NCBI GenBank assembly: GCA_045222195.1
Contig: JBGUXN010000029.1
Coordinates: 742 to 64,741 of the forward strand
From: Bacilli bacterium
GTDB lineage: Bacteria > Bacillota_I > Bacilli_A > RFN20 > CAG-826
Direction: 5' to 3'
Length of the DNA: 64,000 nucleotides
Made by a program: the position numbers and the translations under genes. The notes under the pieces were generated by a model that searched no databases, had not been told where the DNA came from, and worked only from the letters and a program-made list of their open reading frames with translations. Shown one piece after another: positions 18,775 through 27,084 of this stretch (its first letter is position 1; each line of letters starts with the position of its first letter).

Positions 18775-18800
18775 AGAAAAAAGCATCTTTTAAGATGCTT
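18775..18800 (-). terminator. Terminator after the AraC-family gene
   Basis: Minus strand AAGCATCTT-aa-AAGATGCTT followed by TTTTC. Confidence 0.6.
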
Positions 18801-18817
18801 ATATATTTTTATTCAAT

Positions 18818-19789
18818 TTATTGCTCAGTCTTCTTGAAATCATTTAAGGCCTTGATGGAATCAGAGACACTATAGATGGTTTCAGTTTCATGAATGACTT
18901 GTTTGACTTCCACTTGTTCCGCGCCGATTCTACGACGATATTCTTTAGGAGTATAGCCATAATGTTTTATAAACATTCTATTCATGTATTTTGGATCAGA
19001 GAAGCCAGACTCATAAGAGATTTCTAATAAGGTTTTTTCCTTATTTGGCATTAATCTAATGCATTGTTCCATTCTCTTGATGTTGACGTAGTCTTGGAAT
19101 GTCACACCAAAGAGTGATGTAAACAAATGAGAGAAGTGAGTTGGAGAAAGATTTTCTTGCTCCGCTAAATCTTGTAATCTAATTTGCGTTTCAAAATTAG
19201 CGTCGATATAAGAAATGATTCTTTCAATTCTTAAGTTCTTTTGTTTTAAATTATTCTTTTGTGCTTCAGAAATGATTTCATATGGCACATTTTCATAGCA
19301 GCGTGTTAAAACACGAGCAATGTTGCCTAAGATCTTTAATTGGTAAAGATTATCTTCTAAGAAATAAAGCTTAGCGGAATCAACGAGTAGACCAACGACT
19401 TCTTTTACTTGTTCTTCGCTTAAATAATCTCTTAAATTACAAGAGTTGAAGACGGTTGTTCTAATTTGTGGGAAATATTCTCGTAAGCAGTGATTAGAGA
19501 TTTGGACAAATAAGAATAATGGAGCGGAATCTTTATATATATCTAAAACAATATTAGAAACAGGATTACGAGCGTAGGCGTGCACCTCGCCTGAATTAAT
19601 CAGATAGACATCACCTTCTTTAATTGTGAAAGTGTGGTTTTTAATTTTAGCGACGCCTTCACCTCTTAAAACGACAAAAATTTCAAATTCATTATGGATG
19701 TGTTCGTTACGATGTTGGATGCGGTTAACTAAAAATTTGACGTGTTTAAGCTTTTCATAACGAATAAGCTCAATATCTAATTGCTTCAT
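18818..19789 (-). CDS. AraC-family transcriptional regulator (cupin sensor plus HTH_AraC)
   Basis: 323 aa with RBS AGGGAG. N-terminal cupin (HRNEHIHNEFEIFVVLRGEG...GDVYLINSGEVHA). C-terminal double HTH (LQDLAEQENLSPTHFSHLFTSLFGVTFQDYVNIKRMEQ...ISYESGFSDPKYMNRMFIKHYGYTPKEYRR). Confidence 0.9.
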   Translation of the reverse strand: MKQLDIELIRYEKLKHVKFLVNRIQHRNEHIHNEFEIFVVLRGEGVAKIKNHTFTIKEGDVYLINSGEVHAYARNPVSNIVLDIYKDSAPLFLFVQISNHCLREYFPQIRTTVFNSCNLRDYLSEEQVKEVVGLLVDSAKLYFLEDNLYQLKILGNIARVLTRCYENVPYEIISEAQKNNLKQKNLRIERIISYIDANFETQIRLQDLAEQENLSPTHFSHLFTSLFGVTFQDYVNIKRMEQCIRLMPNKEKTLLEISYESGFSDPKYMNRMFIKHYGYTPKEYRRRIGAEQVEVKQVIHETETIYSVSDSIKALNDFKKTEQ

Positions 19790-19997
19790 ATATTGACTCC
19801 CTTATTTGTAAAATCAATATAACATAAACAAATAAGAACGCAACATAATCTTAATGACTATTATGCGTTTTATGCGCCATTAAAAACGATGTTTAGACAT
19901 TTACACTACGTGTACTTCATCGATTTATTTATGACTATTTTTTTATTACTTTATAGAACAATTTTCTTAATTGTGATGGAAAACGCACTATTGACAT

Positions 19998-20028
19998 AAA
20001 AAAGAAAAGAGTCGGAAACCCGACTCTT
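19998..20028 (-). terminator. Terminator after the 707-aa lipoprotein gene
   Basis: Minus strand GAGTCGG-gttt-CCGACTC followed by TTTTCTTTTTT. Confidence 0.7.
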
Positions 20029-20052
20029 CTCATTTATTTAGAATAGTTACTA

Positions 20053-22176
20053 TTAAGCAACTTTAACTAAACGGACAGCAGCGATGAAGGCGGAGTAGCC
20101 TTGACCACCGTAGTGAATTGTGAAGGAAGCAACACCTTCAGCAGCGGTAAGTTCGCAAAGAGGTTTTGTCCAAGCGACATTACCAATCTTTTCACCAGTA
20201 CCTAAACCGTAGGAAGCATAAGTACCAGAAGCTGGGGAGACGTAATCGCCTTCGCTACCAAATCTGAATTGATAACGGCCAGAACCACCAGAAACGATAT
20301 CTTGAGTTAATGTTGTTGCGGCAGCACAAGCGGATAAGCGGACTTCGTATTTACCAGCTGGTAAACCTGTGACATTCCATGTTAAATCGGATTTAAGTTT
20401 AGCTGGAGAAGCAACGGCTAATTCATAGCACATAGCGTGGCAAGCGGAGCATTCATGTGGAACGGCATCACCTAACGCGGTTTGACCTTCGCCCCAAGAG
20501 TGTTCGCCTAATGGGAGTTCTTGAGCTTCTTTAGCACCACAGACAGAGCATTTGACGTGAGCAACGCCGTGTGTTGTACATGTGGATGGAACGTCAGTAG
20601 CGGCTAATTCTTCATCAGAAACCCATGTATGGGCTTTGAGTTCTAATTCTTCAGTAAATTTCTTACCGCAGACTTCACACTTATAGTGTTTGACACCTTT
20701 AACTGTACATGTGGATTCTGTATCGGTTTCATCTGTATCAGCGACTAAACGGTGTTCGCCTCTATTGAATTTGAAGGCATCGCCTTCAGCAACTTGCCAG
20801 TGGGAATCATCATCTTGGCCAGCGAAAGCGGCATCAGCGGCTGGGTTGACATGAGCCTTTTCAACTGGTTTACCAATGAAGACGAAGTGGCTGATTGCTA
20901 AGTTGTAGCTATCGACTCTTTCGAAGGAAGCAGTATTTGCACCATTCTTTAAGAATGCTTCACCGATTAAGCAATCTTTGACTTCGGAATAACCACTACC
21001 GATGGAGGCATCGCCTTCAGCGGAAGCGTAACCTAACATATCGCCATATTTAACGTCTCTCTTATCGCCATAGTAGACAACGGATTCGTTAACTTTCATT
21101 TCAAAGTTACCATATTTAGCACCTTTGGTTTGGCTGAAGTATGTGCAGGAAGAGTTGCCTGGGTAACCATCCATTGCACCACGTTGATAGATTTGACCAT
21201 CAAGATTGGCATCGAAATTGAATGCATAGGAGATCTTGTTGGTATTGGTGTTGAGTTTTAAGTAACCATCTGGTGTACCAGATTTGTTGGAGGAGCCTTC
21301 GGCCATTGTACCATCTAAGGCTTTCCATTCAACTTTAACTTCACCTGTGACATTGTTAACTGTCTTGGTGTAAGCGATACTACCATCAGCAGCTGGAACT
21401 TGTTGTGGTTCGGCCCATTCGGTATCAATTTCTTCACCAACGAAGACGACATCTTTAACTAAGGTGTTCATGGATTCGAGTCTTGTATAAACAAATTCGT
21501 TGACACCCTTATTTAAGACGACATCACCGAGACAGCCATAGCCATCATCGGAATAATCGGAAGCAGAACCGCTTAAGAAGTCTGTATAGACAACATTTGC
21601 TAAAGCAGCGATGTCGAGATCTTCACCGTTGATTGTGACTTTGATGTTTGGTTTGCCGTTGTAATCAAAGGCTTTTTTGCTAGAGTTGCTGCTCCAACCA
21701 TCCATACAACCAAAGAGGTAAACTTTACCTTTGAGGTATTTGTCAGTTTTGATCTTGAAGGACCAAGATTGATTCTTGCCACTTAATTTGGTGTAGCCTT
21801 CTGGAGTACCATCTTTTCTTGTTGAACCAGAAGCATAAGTGACCACTGATTGATTGACTGTGTACTTGACAGCCTTGTCTTCTTCTGTACAAACAGCTCT
21901 CTTGTAAGCGACTGTTCCGGCTTCGGCGTCTGCAGCAACGTCAGCATCGGCACCCCAGATGTGACCTGTTTGGTCTTTTTGTGGAGCTGGAGCTTCGGAA
22001 GAGGTTGGTTGTTGAGAAGAGGATTTGTCTTGTTCGGATGAAGATGGATTTTCAGATTGGGAGACTGGATTTTCAGAAGATTTTGGAGCATCTTCGGAAG
22101 ATTTGGCACCACCACAAGCTGTGAGACCCATTGCTAAACATACGCCCAAGATTGTTAAGATTTTTGTTTTGTTCAT
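20053..22176 (-). CDS. Large surface lipoprotein: S/P/Q/E linker, two about 170-aa CBM-like repeats, tandem Cys3-His knuckles, C-terminal beta-sandwich
   Basis: 707 aa. Lipobox LAMGLTA-C. The internal duplication spans aa 88-246 versus aa 266-435 (shared GTP(E/D)GY(T/L)KL, (C/A)MDG(W/Y), VVFVG/FVFIG). The motif C-x9-C-x2-C-x12-H-x-W occurs twice (aa 490-518 and 533-561). Confidence 0.8.
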   Translation of the reverse strand: MNKTKILTILGVCLAMGLTACGGAKSSEDAPKSSENPVSQSENPSSSEQDKSSSQQPTSSEAPAPQKDQTGHIWGADADVAADAEAGTVAYKRAVCTEEDKAVKYTVNQSVVTYASGSTRKDGTPEGYTKLSGKNQSWSFKIKTDKYLKGKVYLFGCMDGWSSNSSKKAFDYNGKPNIKVTINGEDLDIAALANVVYTDFLSGSASDYSDDGYGCLGDVVLNKGVNEFVYTRLESMNTLVKDVVFVGEEIDTEWAEPQQVPAADGSIAYTKTVNNVTGEVKVEWKALDGTMAEGSSNKSGTPDGYLKLNTNTNKISYAFNFDANLDGQIYQRGAMDGYPGNSSCTYFSQTKGAKYGNFEMKVNESVVYYGDKRDVKYGDMLGYASAEGDASIGSGYSEVKDCLIGEAFLKNGANTASFERVDSYNLAISHFVFIGKPVEKAHVNPAADAAFAGQDDDSHWQVAEGDAFKFNRGEHRLVADTDETDTESTCTVKGVKHYKCEVCGKKFTEELELKAHTWVSDEELAATDVPSTCTTHGVAHVKCSVCGAKEAQELPLGEHSWGEGQTALGDAVPHECSACHAMCYELAVASPAKLKSDLTWNVTGLPAGKYEVRLSACAAATTLTQDIVSGGSGRYQFRFGSEGDYVSPASGTYASYGLGTGEKIGNVAWTKPLCELTAAEGVASFTIHYGGQGYSAFIAAVRLVKVA

Positions 22177-22477
22177 AAATCTTTAAACTTTTTTGCAACG
22201 TTTGTATAACTGTTGCGAAATTCCTTTCTTTAGAGGTTTTGCATTATTTGAATCACTAGAACCTCTAAGAAACTAGCAACTCAAAAGAAATGAAACAAAT
22301 TTTTGCGCAAAAATGTTTTTTCTTTCACCTTTTATCGTATGTGTTATGCGTATTAGCATGTATGACATTTATGCGAATTAACAAAGACTTTTTTTAATCT
22401 ATCTTTTATATGAATATAAAATAACTTTAGCCCACTAAAGTCGTAAAAATGCCTTTTTATAACTCATGCTTAAACAA

Positions 22478-22505
22478 CAAAAAAGGGACTTAATTGAAAG
22501 TCCCT
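22478..22505 (-). terminator. xylA terminator
   Basis: Minus strand AGGGACTT-tcaatt-AAGTCCCT followed by TTTTTTG. Confidence 0.7.
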
Positions 22506-22527
22506 AATTGATTGTTAATAGATGTAA

Positions 22528-23850
22528 TTATTTACCAAAGAGGATGTCGTTGACAATGGATTCGAGCATTTCTTGACGACCACTGCCTGGAAGTTCTGGT
22601 GCGCCTAATTTATCAGCGTATGCGGCTAAACCTTGGAGATCGATATCATCGTTAAGAATCTTCTTACCAATTTCTGTATTGTGGAAGGAAGAGTATTTGT
22701 TTTCGATGAATTTATCGATACGACCATCTTCGATGATTTCCGCGGCTTTGATTAAACCAAGAGCGAATGTATCCATACCTAAGATGTAAGCATAGAACAT
22801 ATCTTCCATGGTGTAGCTTGGACGTCTATTCTTAGAGTCGAAGTTGAAGCCACCGGTGAGACCACCATTCTTTAAGACTTCATACATACATTGTGTGGCA
22901 CTGTAGACATCGAATGGGAATTCGTCTGTATCCCAACCTAAGAGCATGTCGCCTTGGTTAGCATCGATAGAACCTAACATACCGTTGATGGCGGAGATTC
23001 TTAAATCGTGTTGGAATGTATGACCCGCTAAGGTAGCGTGGTTAGCTTCGATGTTCAACTTGAAATCTTTATCTAAACCATATTGTCTTAAGAAGCCAAT
23101 CGCTGTGGCAGCGTCGAAATCATATTGATGCTTCATTGGTTCTTTTGGTTTTGGTTCGATATAGAAGTCACCTTTGAAGCCGATTGAACGACCATATTTA
23201 ACGGCCATCTTCATTAAGCGAGCAATATTCTTTTGTTCGAATAAGACATCGGTATTTAAGAGTGTTTCGTAACCTTCTCTACCACCCCAGAAGACATAAC
23301 CTCTACCACCTAATTTAACAGTGATATCTAAGGCTTTTTTAACTTGGGCAGCGGCGAAAGCGTAGACGTCCGCACTATTGGTGGAACCAGCGCCGTTCAT
23401 AAAGCGTGGGTTACCAAACATATTGGCGGTGCCCCATAAACACTTAATATCTGTACCTTTCATCTTTTCTAAGATGTAGTCAGAAATTTCATCTAATTCT
23501 TTGTTTGTTTCTTTGATGTCTTTGCATTCTGGAACTAAGTCAACATCGTGGAAGCAGAAATATCTGATGCCGACTTTCTTCATGAATTCAAAACCAGCAT
23601 CAACTTTGGCTTTGGCGTGTTCCATGGTGCCTGGTTTTGCACCAAAGGATTTATCGGCGGTGCCTTGACCGAACATATCAACACCAGTTGCGCCTAAGTT
23701 ATGCCACCAGGCCATCGCAAATGGTAAGTGTTCTTTCATTGGTTTGCCGAGAATGATTTGATCCGGATTATAGTAATGGAAAGCTAAAGGATTTTTGCTA
23801 TCCTTACCTTCGAATTTAATTTCCGGAATATTTGGAAAAAATTCTTTCAT
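22528..23850 (-). CDS. xylA: Xylose isomerase (class II)
   Basis: The track ORF starts at 23883. I prefer ATG 23850 ([26 protein letters not shown]), giving 440 aa. Hallmarks: [44 protein letters not shown]. Confidence 0.95.
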   Translation of the reverse strand: MKEFFPNIPEIKFEGKDSKNPLAFHYYNPDQIILGKPMKEHLPFAMAWWHNLGATGVDMFGQGTADKSFGAKPGTMEHAKAKVDAGFEFMKKVGIRYFCFHDVDLVPECKDIKETNKELDEISDYILEKMKGTDIKCLWGTANMFGNPRFMNGAGSTNSADVYAFAAAQVKKALDITVKLGGRGYVFWGGREGYETLLNTDVLFEQKNIARLMKMAVKYGRSIGFKGDFYIEPKPKEPMKHQYDFDAATAIGFLRQYGLDKDFKLNIEANHATLAGHTFQHDLRISAINGMLGSIDANQGDMLLGWDTDEFPFDVYSATQCMYEVLKNGGLTGGFNFDSKNRRPSYTMEDMFYAYILGMDTFALGLIKAAEIIEDGRIDKFIENKYSSFHNTEIGKKILNDDIDLQGLAAYADKLGAPELPGSGRQEMLESIVNDILFGK

Positions 23851-24014
23851 ATATATGTACCTCTTCGATTTGTATATTGACATAAAAGGTTTATATATAA
23901 ATTGATTATCTTGCTATTTGAATACACTTTTTATTAGAACGAAAAAAGATAAAATAAATAAAAAAGACAAAGTCTTTTGCCTTCAAATCGTTAAAAGATT
24001 ATTTAAAGGCGATT

Positions 24015-24359
24015 TTATAGATATAGCAAAATGATGAGACCCATTAATTCTTCGTGAGTGACAAAGCCAACGACTTCATATTCCCAGGCACCACCATACT
24101 TCTTAAAGTAGCGGCCATCGAACTGGGCAAATGGAGCGCCACCCCATCTTTTAATATAACCGTTTTCGTAAACGAGTTCCCATGGGCCACCCCATCTTTT
24201 AATCGTTCTTCCATCACGAAAATCCCATTCCCAGGCACCGCCCCACTTTTTCATCATGCCACGTTCAATGACATAAAGCCATGGGCCACCATATTCTCTG
24301 ATTTTGCCACCGGAAATCTCTAAAAGATAAGGACCACCATATCTACGCAAGTACGCCAT
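24015..24359 (-). CDS. Small repeat protein: six about 16-aa [KR]-x-[WY]-G-G-[AP]-[WYF] repeats; function unknown
   Basis: 114 aa. Repeats: RRYGGPY, REYGGPW, KKWGGAW, KRWGGPW, KRWGGAP, KKYGGAW. No signal peptide. No obvious SD. A TATAAA sits about 10 nt upstream of the ATG, so the mRNA may be leaderless or have a very short leader. Confidence 0.5.
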   Translation of the reverse strand: MAYLRRYGGPYLLEISGGKIREYGGPWLYVIERGMMKKWGGAWEWDFRDGRTIKRWGGPWELVYENGYIKRWGGAPFAQFDGRYFKKYGGAWEYEVVGFVTHEELMGLIILLYL

Positions 24360-24416
24360 ACACTATTATTTTATAATGAATTTAATGAATATTGTTCTAA
24401 AGAAAAACGATATTTG

Positions 24417-24445
24417 TTTACACTTTTAAATATTATTTGTAAAAT
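24417..24445 (+). promoter_or_regulatory. Promoter of 24469..25521
   Basis: TTTACA, a 17-nt spacer, then TAAAAT. RBS GAGGT precedes the ATG. Confidence 0.5.
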
Positions 24446-24468
24446 AATTTGGCACTGAGGTAAGTAAG

Positions 24469-25521
24469 ATGAAAGCAAGAACAAAAGAAATATTAAAAGA
24501 TGGCTTTGGATCATTAGTCAATAATGCATCAGCAATTAGAGGGGCAAAGAATGGACCATTATGGCTCACCATTTTGTTCTTCATTTTTTCACTTATTCTT
24601 CCAATCATTCCTCTTTTTGTGCAACAAGCCACCACTAAAGGTTCTTCTTTCTTAAATAACTACTCCTATGGTTTAGAAAGATACGTCACAAGTATCGCCA
24701 TGGATTTAGAAAGTCAAAACGTTGAATTTGGTATCGATGAAGAACACATGTTAAGTGTTTCTGAAAATGGTACCGCGGTTGATTTTGCTAGCTATGGCAG
24801 TGCTAATCCATATGCTGTTTATAAGAATGATGTGACAAAACAATATGAATTTGTTGTCTATTTAAGCGACGCCACAACCAACAAAGAAAAGACTGCTCTT
24901 AATACTTTAATCACCACTACTTATTATGGTTTAGGTGGAACAGAAAAAGTCACATCTGCTGATAACGCTTATATTCCAAGCTATATGATTCTTTTCAAAA
25001 ATGGTGTCTATGTCGCTATCTATGGTGTCGATTCCACTAAGGTTGCAGCCTATTCTTATAATGGTGATTTCAAAACCATCGCTGCTAACGATAAATGTTT
25101 AGCCACTTTATTAACTGTTAAAGATAAAGAAGGTAACGATGTTGCTCCAAGCATCATCAGCAAAGCCTACACCGAAGGTGTTTATAAAAACTTCAAGACA
25201 TTCTTAAATAAATCTTATGATACTTTGAAGATTAAAAATACTTGGGTTACATCTGCGATTTACCTAGGTATCTTCTTCGGTCTTAACGTTATTATGGGCT
25301 TCTTAATGTGGCTATTAACCCGTGGTAAAAACAATCCAAACAATTACTATTCACCATGGCTCACAGAAAAGATTCAAGCTCGTATGGCTTTAGCGCCAGC
25401 GCTTATTACTCTCGTGGTTGGCTTCTTCTTAACAAGTCAAACTATGTTGATCTACATCATCACCATCGGCATGAGAGTGATGTGGGTCTCAATGAAAGAA
25501 TTAAGACCAATTCAACAATAG
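24469..25521 (+). CDS. Membrane protein, function unknown (N-terminal TM, about 200-aa external domain, 3 C-terminal TMs)
   Basis: 350 aa with RBS GAGGT. Hydrophobic segments: LWLTILFFIFSLILPIIPLFV, SAIYLGIFFGLNVIMGFLMWLL, ALAPALITLVVGFFL, MLIYIITIGMRVMWV. Confidence 0.7.
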   Translation: MKARTKEILKDGFGSLVNNASAIRGAKNGPLWLTILFFIFSLILPIIPLFVQQATTKGSSFLNNYSYGLERYVTSIAMDLESQNVEFGIDEEHMLSVSENGTAVDFASYGSANPYAVYKNDVTKQYEFVVYLSDATTNKEKTALNTLITTTYYGLGGTEKVTSADNAYIPSYMILFKNGVYVAIYGVDSTKVAAYSYNGDFKTIAANDKCLATLLTVKDKEGNDVAPSIISKAYTEGVYKNFKTFLNKSYDTLKIKNTWVTSAIYLGIFFGLNVIMGFLMWLLTRGKNNPNNYYSPWLTEKIQARMALAPALITLVVGFFLTSQTMLIYIITIGMRVMWVSMKELRPIQQ

Positions 25522-25863
25522 TTAATCACCATAATCACTACCACGTGACTTATCTTCCGCGAAGATTTGTAATGGATCAGTGACATCAGTAATTTCTAAA
25601 AATATAAAATTGTCGATCTCGGTTAATGGATGTTCAAAGTTACCCGTGAAGACAATTTTTTTATTCTTCTTCACTAGTTCTTCCATTTTATTGATAATCA
25701 AATGATATTTTTCTGGATAATGGTCTTTAAATCCCATTAATTGGGTATAAAAGACTGGTTCTAAATAAAAGCATTCACCACTTGGATAATGAAATAGAGC
25801 ACAGAAAGGATTTTTGGTATCTATTTCTCTTTTTAACTCTTTCCATTCTTCATATTCTCTCAT
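25522..25863 (-). CDS. Hypothetical cytoplasmic protein (113 aa), last gene of the dnaB-rlmH operon
   Basis: ATGA start/stop overlap with rlmH (25860-25863). I recognised no motif. Confidence 0.55.
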   Translation of the reverse strand: MREYEEWKELKREIDTKNPFCALFHYPSGECFYLEPVFYTQLMGFKDHYPEKYHLIINKMEELVKKNKKIVFTGNFEHPLTEIDNFIFLEITDVTDPLQIFAEDKSRGSDYGD

Positions 25864-26339
25864 TTGTGGTAAACCTCGTTTCTATTAATCTTAAAAGCGC
25901 GATAGATTTGCTCTAATAGTATTAGTCTAGTCATTTGGTGAAGGAATGTCATGTTAGATAAACCAATTCTATCGTTACATCTATTCTTAAGTTCGTCACT
26001 TAAGCCATAAGAACCACCGATGACAAAAGAAATAATCGCTCCCCCTAAAACAAACTTATCTTCGATATAATTAGCGAATTCTTCACTACTTGGTTGTTTC
26101 TTTACTAAATCTAAACCAATCAGGTATTCATTATCTTTTAATAATTTAAGGATTCTTTGACCTTCTTTGTTTTTCGCGGTAATAATGTCACCACTACTAG
26201 GATTATTTGGAATAGGTTCATCGTTTACTTCAATGATTTCCACTTGGGTATATGGTTTTAATCTTTGAACGTATTCATTAATGCCTTGTTTTAGATAATC
26301 TTCTTTGAGATGACCAATAGCGTAGATTTTAATTTTCAT
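25860..26339 (-). CDS. rlmH: 23S rRNA (pseudouridine1915-N3)-methyltransferase RlmH (SPOUT)
   Basis: ATG 26339 is preceded by GGAGGTG. The track uses an upstream GTG. The 159-aa product reads MKIKIYAIGHLKEDYL...GGSYGLSDEL...LSNMTFLHQMTRLILLEQIYRAFKI..YHK. It ends in TGA. Confidence 0.9.
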   Translation of the reverse strand: MKIKIYAIGHLKEDYLKQGINEYVQRLKPYTQVEIIEVNDEPIPNNPSSGDIITAKNKEGQRILKLLKDNEYLIGLDLVKKQPSSEEFANYIEDKFVLGGAIISFVIGGSYGLSDELKNRCNDRIGLSNMTFLHQMTRLILLEQIYRAFKINRNEVYHK

Positions 26340-27084
26340 GATAGTCACCTCCGGTTAAAGATTCTCTTTGTTTCGCGCATCTAATCAAATATTTATCAAA
26401 AGAGACACCAAAATGTTTGAAGATCTTTTGATAGGCTTCAAGAGCGACTTCTGGAGTATTTGCTTCTTCAGAAAGATGGGCTAAAACAATTTCTTTAGTG
26501 TGTTCTCCCGCGATAGCAATAGCGGCGATCGCACTATCTTCATTGCATAAGTGTCCCTGGTCAGACATAATCCTATTTTTAAGTTCAAATGGACGGTTTG
26601 TGTGAAGTAACATTTTGATATCGTGATTAGATTCAATAATTAAATAAGTTGGATCTTTAATTAAGGGTAAATTTTCTTCTAAAAAAGTACCGGTATCTGT
26701 CATATAGAATAAAGATGAATCTTTATCTTTAATTAAAAATCCACATGGATTAGTAGCGTCATGACTAGTCTCAATAGGGGTTATTTCAAAATCATCTATT
26801 TTAAAGGGCGTATTAAGCATCACTACATGACTTAAAGAAGATGGTAAAGTACCTTCTAAAGCGTACATGATTTTAGGGGAAATAAACTTAATACCAGAGA
26901 TGTGATCAGCGTGGTCATGAGTAAAAAGAGCCCCTGTGATATCGCTTTTCTTTAAATTGATCTCCGCGAGGCCTTCTTCTAAACGCATTAAAGTAATACC
27001 CATATCAATGAGCAAAACTGTTTTATTACTCACTACAACAGTAGCGTTGCCTTTAGAACCTGACGCAATGATGTGGAAATACAT
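26329..27084 (-). CDS. MBL-fold metallo-hydrolase, YycJ/WalJ-like
   Basis: 251 aa. Motifs: ASGSKGNA, LIDMG, and the HxHxDH motif THDHADH. The TAATG overlap with the dnaB stop suggests translational coupling. Confidence 0.85.
   Translation of the reverse strand: MYFHIIASGSKGNATVVVSNKTVLLIDMGITLMRLEEGLAEINLKKSDITGALFTHDHADHISGIKFISPKIMYALEGTLPSSLSHVVMLNTPFKIDDFEITPIETSHDATNPCGFLIKDKDSSLFYMTDTGTFLEENLPLIKDPTYLIIESNHDIKMLLHTNRPFELKNRIMSDQGHLCNEDSAIAAIAIAGEHTKEIVLAHLSEEANTPEVALEAYQKIFKHFGVSFDKYLIRCAKQRESLTGGDYHEN

Noticed and set aside
21960-22110. Repetitive DNA at lipoprotein 5' ends (also 33060-33180, 34930-35100 and 59870-59940), considered as possible CRISPR or tandem-repeat loci
   Set aside because: These regions encode Ser/Pro/Glu/Gln-rich stalk linkers just after lipoboxes. 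They have no regular repeat-spacer periodicity and lie inside ORFs.
24054-24323. 89-aa plus-strand ORF antisense to the WGG-repeat gene; it also looks repetitive (PWATPSFN)
   Set aside because: Its repetitiveness is a by-product of the DNA repeat. The minus-frame product conserves Trp, Gly and charged positions in a regular 16-aa period and spans the whole repeat array, whereas the plus ORF has no RBS. This call is only moderately certain.
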